64,000 bases of DNA, taken from the IMG/VR virus record IMGVR_UViG_3300013137_002966, positions 29,723-93,722 of that record. One strand, given 5' to 3'. The stretch is from a virus. The position numbers were made by a program, and so were the translations under genes. Position 1 is the first letter of the stretch, and each line of letters opens with the position of its first letter. Under the pieces are notes generated by a model. The model saw nothing but the letters and a program-made list of their open reading frames with translations. It ran no database searches and was not told where the DNA came from. Of the stretch, positions 61,139 through 64,000 are shown one piece after another.

Positions 61139-61332
61139 TTTTTTTTCTCTTCTTTTTCCAGTTTCTTTTTTATTTTTTCCATTAGTTCTTCAACTTTTGT
61201 ATTCATACCTTTTTCAGTTTTTGGAACATCTTTATCGTCTATGTTCAACTGGTCTGCTAATTTAATAAATTTTTCTGTTAACTCGGACTTTTTTTTAAGT
61301 TCTTCGTAATTTTTTTGTATTTTTTCAGCCAT
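61135..61332 (-). CDS. Small charged protein directly after the attenuator 2 U-tract
   Basis: ORF; ATG abuts the terminator. Confidence 0.65.
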   Translation of the reverse strand: MAEKIQKNYEELKKKSELTEKFIKLADQLNIDDKDVPKTEKGMNTKVEELMEKIKKKLEKEEKKK

Positions 61333-61363
61333 AAAAAAACCCAGTCATTTTTTGTGGCTGGGT
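61333..61363 (-). terminator. Attenuator 2 terminator
   Basis: ACCCAGCCA-CAAAAAA-TGACTGGGT-TTTTTT (one mismatch). Confidence 0.85.
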
Positions 61364-61390
61364 ATATATTGAAGGCTTTCGCCTAGAGTT

Positions 61391-61459
61391 TTATCCAGCC
61401 AATTGAGAGGTATCATTAATCATCTCATAACACATCTCTATATATAAATTACGATACAT
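61391..61459 (-). CDS. Leader peptide 2 (MYRNLYIEMCYEMINDTSQLAG)
   Basis: 22-aa ORF; contains TGGCTGG, complementary to terminator arm CCAGCCA. Confidence 0.8.
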   Translation of the reverse strand: MYRNLYIEMCYEMINDTSQLAG

Positions 61460-61573
61460 CTTCTTTCTTTCTTGTTTTATTTTTTAATATTAGTAACTCT
61501 TTTTAGTAAGGTTTAATTTTTGTTATATATTTCTTTAAAAATGTCGTTTTTTCTATTTTTATATCTTCTTTTA

Positions 61574-61604
61574 CAAAGATAGGATATTATTTTAATACTA
61601 CAAA
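61574..61604 (-). promoter_or_regulatory. Bacteroidota sigma70-type promoter
   Basis: TTTG (61604-61601), 19 nt spacer, TATCTTTG (61581-61574). Confidence 0.75.
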
Positions 61605-61607
61605 ATA

Positions 61608-62735
61608 TTATTCATTTTTTAATTGTTCTAAAAACTTATATGCTTTCTTATGATAATCTCTATCTTTATAATTGCTTGTCATTAGGTATGTGATATAGCA
61701 GAAATATAATAATTTACTAATTATTAAGTCTTTATTTACCTGTCCACCAACAAATCTATATTCAACATAGTTTTTTGTCTTAAGATAGCCGATATTAAAA
61801 CCAAAATGTTTAACACCTATTTTATTAATATAATCAACTAAGAAATTATTAAAAAAGGTTTCTACTTCCCGTAGGTTATGAAGGTCTAGAGAATCAAATT
61901 TTGCTTTTTGTTTAGCAGGTAAAAATAATAAAGATCTTTTAACTGATGTACAGAATTTACTATTTAATCTTTCAATCATATCTCTAAACACAAAAGGTAT
62001 ATCATCAAAATCATAGTCATCTAATATAACTAAACCTTTGAGAGCATTAAAATCCTCATATTTCTTTCCTTTAATTCCAATGTTTATATGTAATCCTGTG
62101 GTTTGAGTAAATTTCCAATAGTTTTGTTTATCAAAATCATTAAAGAAATCTTCTAAAAGTTTTAAAGTTGTATCTAATCCTAGCAGATAAGTTTTTGGCT
62201 TGAATTCTATACCTCTTTCTAGTGTTGCATCTAATACAAATTCTAGATCGTTGCTATATTTTGCGTAAAAATTGGGTAGATACCTTTCGACATTTTCTTC
62301 GAGATACTCTCTATTTTCTCTTAATAATAGCGTTTTTATGGCTTTTTCCATACCTATTATTATATTTTTCTCAATTTCTGTAGAATATAATTGTGGATCC
62401 AGAAGCTTATTAATTTTGCTTTCTAATTTTTTAGTGCTAAGTTCTTGATATAGATAAGACTCTATAGTATCTACTATATTGTTAATAAAAGGTTTATTTT
62501 TCTTGACTTCTGATTGGTTGAGATCAATATTATATACTGTTAATTCTTTGAGACATATTTCTCTGAATTCATCAACATCATCATAGTCAAAATTATCGTA
62601 GGTTATATCGTGATGTTCTAAGTCGTTGGTTTCCAATTCAAATTCAATAGCAATAGTAAAATCCTTAGCTATTTCTTCTGATTTAATTCGCTGAATGTCT
62701 TTGATATTAAATTCGTAGAATTTTTCTATTTTCAT
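61608..62735 (-). CDS. Putative amidoligase (COOH-NH2 ligase type 2)
   Basis: AIEFELET, GIEF, TGLHINIG, VEYRF.GG. Confidence 0.7.
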   Translation of the reverse strand: MKIEKFYEFNIKDIQRIKSEEIAKDFTIAIEFELETNDLEHHDITYDNFDYDDVDEFREICLKELTVYNIDLNQSEVKKNKPFINNIVDTIESYLYQELSTKKLESKINKLLDPQLYSTEIEKNIIIGMEKAIKTLLLRENREYLEENVERYLPNFYAKYSNDLEFVLDATLERGIEFKPKTYLLGLDTTLKLLEDFFNDFDKQNYWKFTQTTGLHINIGIKGKKYEDFNALKGLVILDDYDFDDIPFVFRDMIERLNSKFCTSVKRSLLFLPAKQKAKFDSLDLHNLREVETFFNNFLVDYINKIGVKHFGFNIGYLKTKNYVEYRFVGGQVNKDLIISKLLYFCYITYLMTSNYKDRDYHKKAYKFLEQLKNE

Positions 62736-62744
62736 AAATAGAAT

Positions 62745-62945
62745 TTATTTTTTAATTTTGCTTTTAAGTTTATCTATTAATTCGTTAGCTTTATTTATTC
62801 CTAGTTTTGCCTTCATAGAGTGGTATAAATTATAAAACTTTTCAGCAAATTCATCTTCGACTTCCATATTCATTGGTGCATCTTCTGAATCTCCAAATAA
62901 GCTATCTGCTAAATTATATTCTTCAAATGTTTTAACTTTTTTCAT
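62745..62945 (-). CDS. Hypothetical protein
   Basis: MKKVKTFEEY start. Confidence 0.65.
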   Translation of the reverse strand: MKKVKTFEEYNLADSLFGDSEDAPMNMEVEDEFAEKFYNLYHSMKAKLGINKANELIDKLKSKIKK

Positions 62946-63118
62946 AATAGAATTTTTTCTACTATATATAAAAAATAAAAAGGATAATTTCTTATCCTTT
63001 TACTTAAATTACTACAGGTATTTATTTCCACTATGGTAGCCCGAACCTTATCTTTTTTGGATTAAGTGACACTTATGCCTTGTGATCTTTTTAGTCCTGC
63101 ACCGACAGTTTCTATTTT

Positions 63119-63463
63119 TCAATGGAACAGATTTCCACTTCGGTTAGTAATTTGTTTAGCAAAAATATTAATAACTAAATTATTAGATTTCTTACTACTT
63201 GGAATTAAAGAATTTAATTGGATTTGGTTATTATCATATTCATAAGTAGCACTCACATTATTAAAATAGAGTTTACCTTGTTCAAAAATTCTTTCATTAT
63301 CAGTCATAGAGAGAAAATCTAATTTTTGAAGTGTATCATTCATTTTATCATAAAAGAACCACTGATATAATTTTGATTTATCAGTTTCTTTTGAATAATG
63401 ATATTTTATTTCAAATAGTGTGTATAATTCGTTATCAAAGATATATTTAATAGTATTTTCCAT
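63119..63463 (-). CDS. Hypothetical protein
   Basis: ORF. Confidence 0.6.
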   Translation of the reverse strand: MENTIKYIFDNELYTLFEIKYHYSKETDKSKLYQWFFYDKMNDTLQKLDFLSMTDNERIFEQGKLYFNNVSATYEYDNNQIQLNSLIPSSKKSNNLVINIFAKQITNRSGNLFH

Positions 63464-63466
63464 TTT

Positions 63467-64000
63467 TTAATGTTTACTAATTCTAACATGTTTAAGTTTA
63501 CGGAAAAGATCACCATGTTCAAGTGAGGATTCATATTCGCCATCATTATCAGAATACTCAAAAATATAAAGTGCAAAATCTGGTAGTTCACCATTTATTC
63601 TCTTAAGTTTATTTTTTCTAATGTTAAGAATATCATTAAGTTTTTTATTGCCATATTTTATACAAGCTTTACGATATTCTTCCCATCTTTTTTGTCTATC
63701 ATTTATATATTCAAAATCATCGTAATCTGGTGCGTCATAATCATCCGCTATACCGCTACTAAGTTCTTTAGAAGCTTTTTCAAAATCATTTTTAGTTTGA
63801 TTACAAATATCATTCCACACTGTAGTTGCAACATTATTTATGCTCCAACTATTATCATCAAAATGAGGACTATTATAAACTCTTTGTTTTTTATCAAAAA
63901 GCATATCTCTAACATCTTCCATAGATTTAGGTTCTCTCGGAAAGATTACAATAAAGCTACTTGAGCTACTATTACTTACAAATCCATTTCTTATTTTCAT
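63467..64000 (-). CDS. Conserved phage protein (MKIRNGFVSNSSSSSF family)
   Basis: Characteristic N-terminus. Confidence 0.75.
   Translation of the reverse strand: MKIRNGFVSNSSSSSFIVIFPREPKSMEDVRDMLFDKKQRVYNSPHFDDNSWSINNVATTVWNDICNQTKNDFEKASKELSSGIADDYDAPDYDDFEYINDRQKRWEEYRKACIKYGNKKLNDILNIRKNKLKRINGELPDFALYIFEYSDNDGEYESSLEHGDLFRKLKHVRISKH

Overview
Very AT-rich, gene-dense segment of a large tailed (jumbo, T4-like) phage. The host is very likely Bacteroidota: TTTG-N19-TAnnTTTG promoters, a T9SS C-terminal sorting domain and a GSIII fragment all point that way. Positions 1-40 kb hold a large glycan and protein-glycosylation island (NDP-sugar epimerases, RmlC, TPP E1 alpha/beta, carbamoyltransferase, CysC/sulfotransferase, many SGNH-like and GT-like paralogs, and an Aah/TibC-like GT beside an IPT/Thr-rich protein). 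This stretch is interrupted by homing endonucleases and the N-terminal half of a split PolB. Positions 40-57 kb hold PhoH, DHFR, NadE, APRT, a DHH protein, putative head-internal proteins, a mini-GSIII and a T9SS cargo. Positions 57.5-61.6 kb hold a minus-strand array of 16 tRNA or tRNA-like genes, many of them non-canonical. Main discovery: two unannotated leader-peptide transcription attenuators sit upstream of this array. Each has a host-type promoter, a short ORF, an antiterminator and an intrinsic terminator, and the proximal one is followed by a boxA. Their sensor codons match the amino acids, and even the rare anticodons, of the tRNAs downstream. This suggests a phage circuit that senses depletion of specific host tRNAs and switches on replacements. 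All calls were made by eye; no searches were run.
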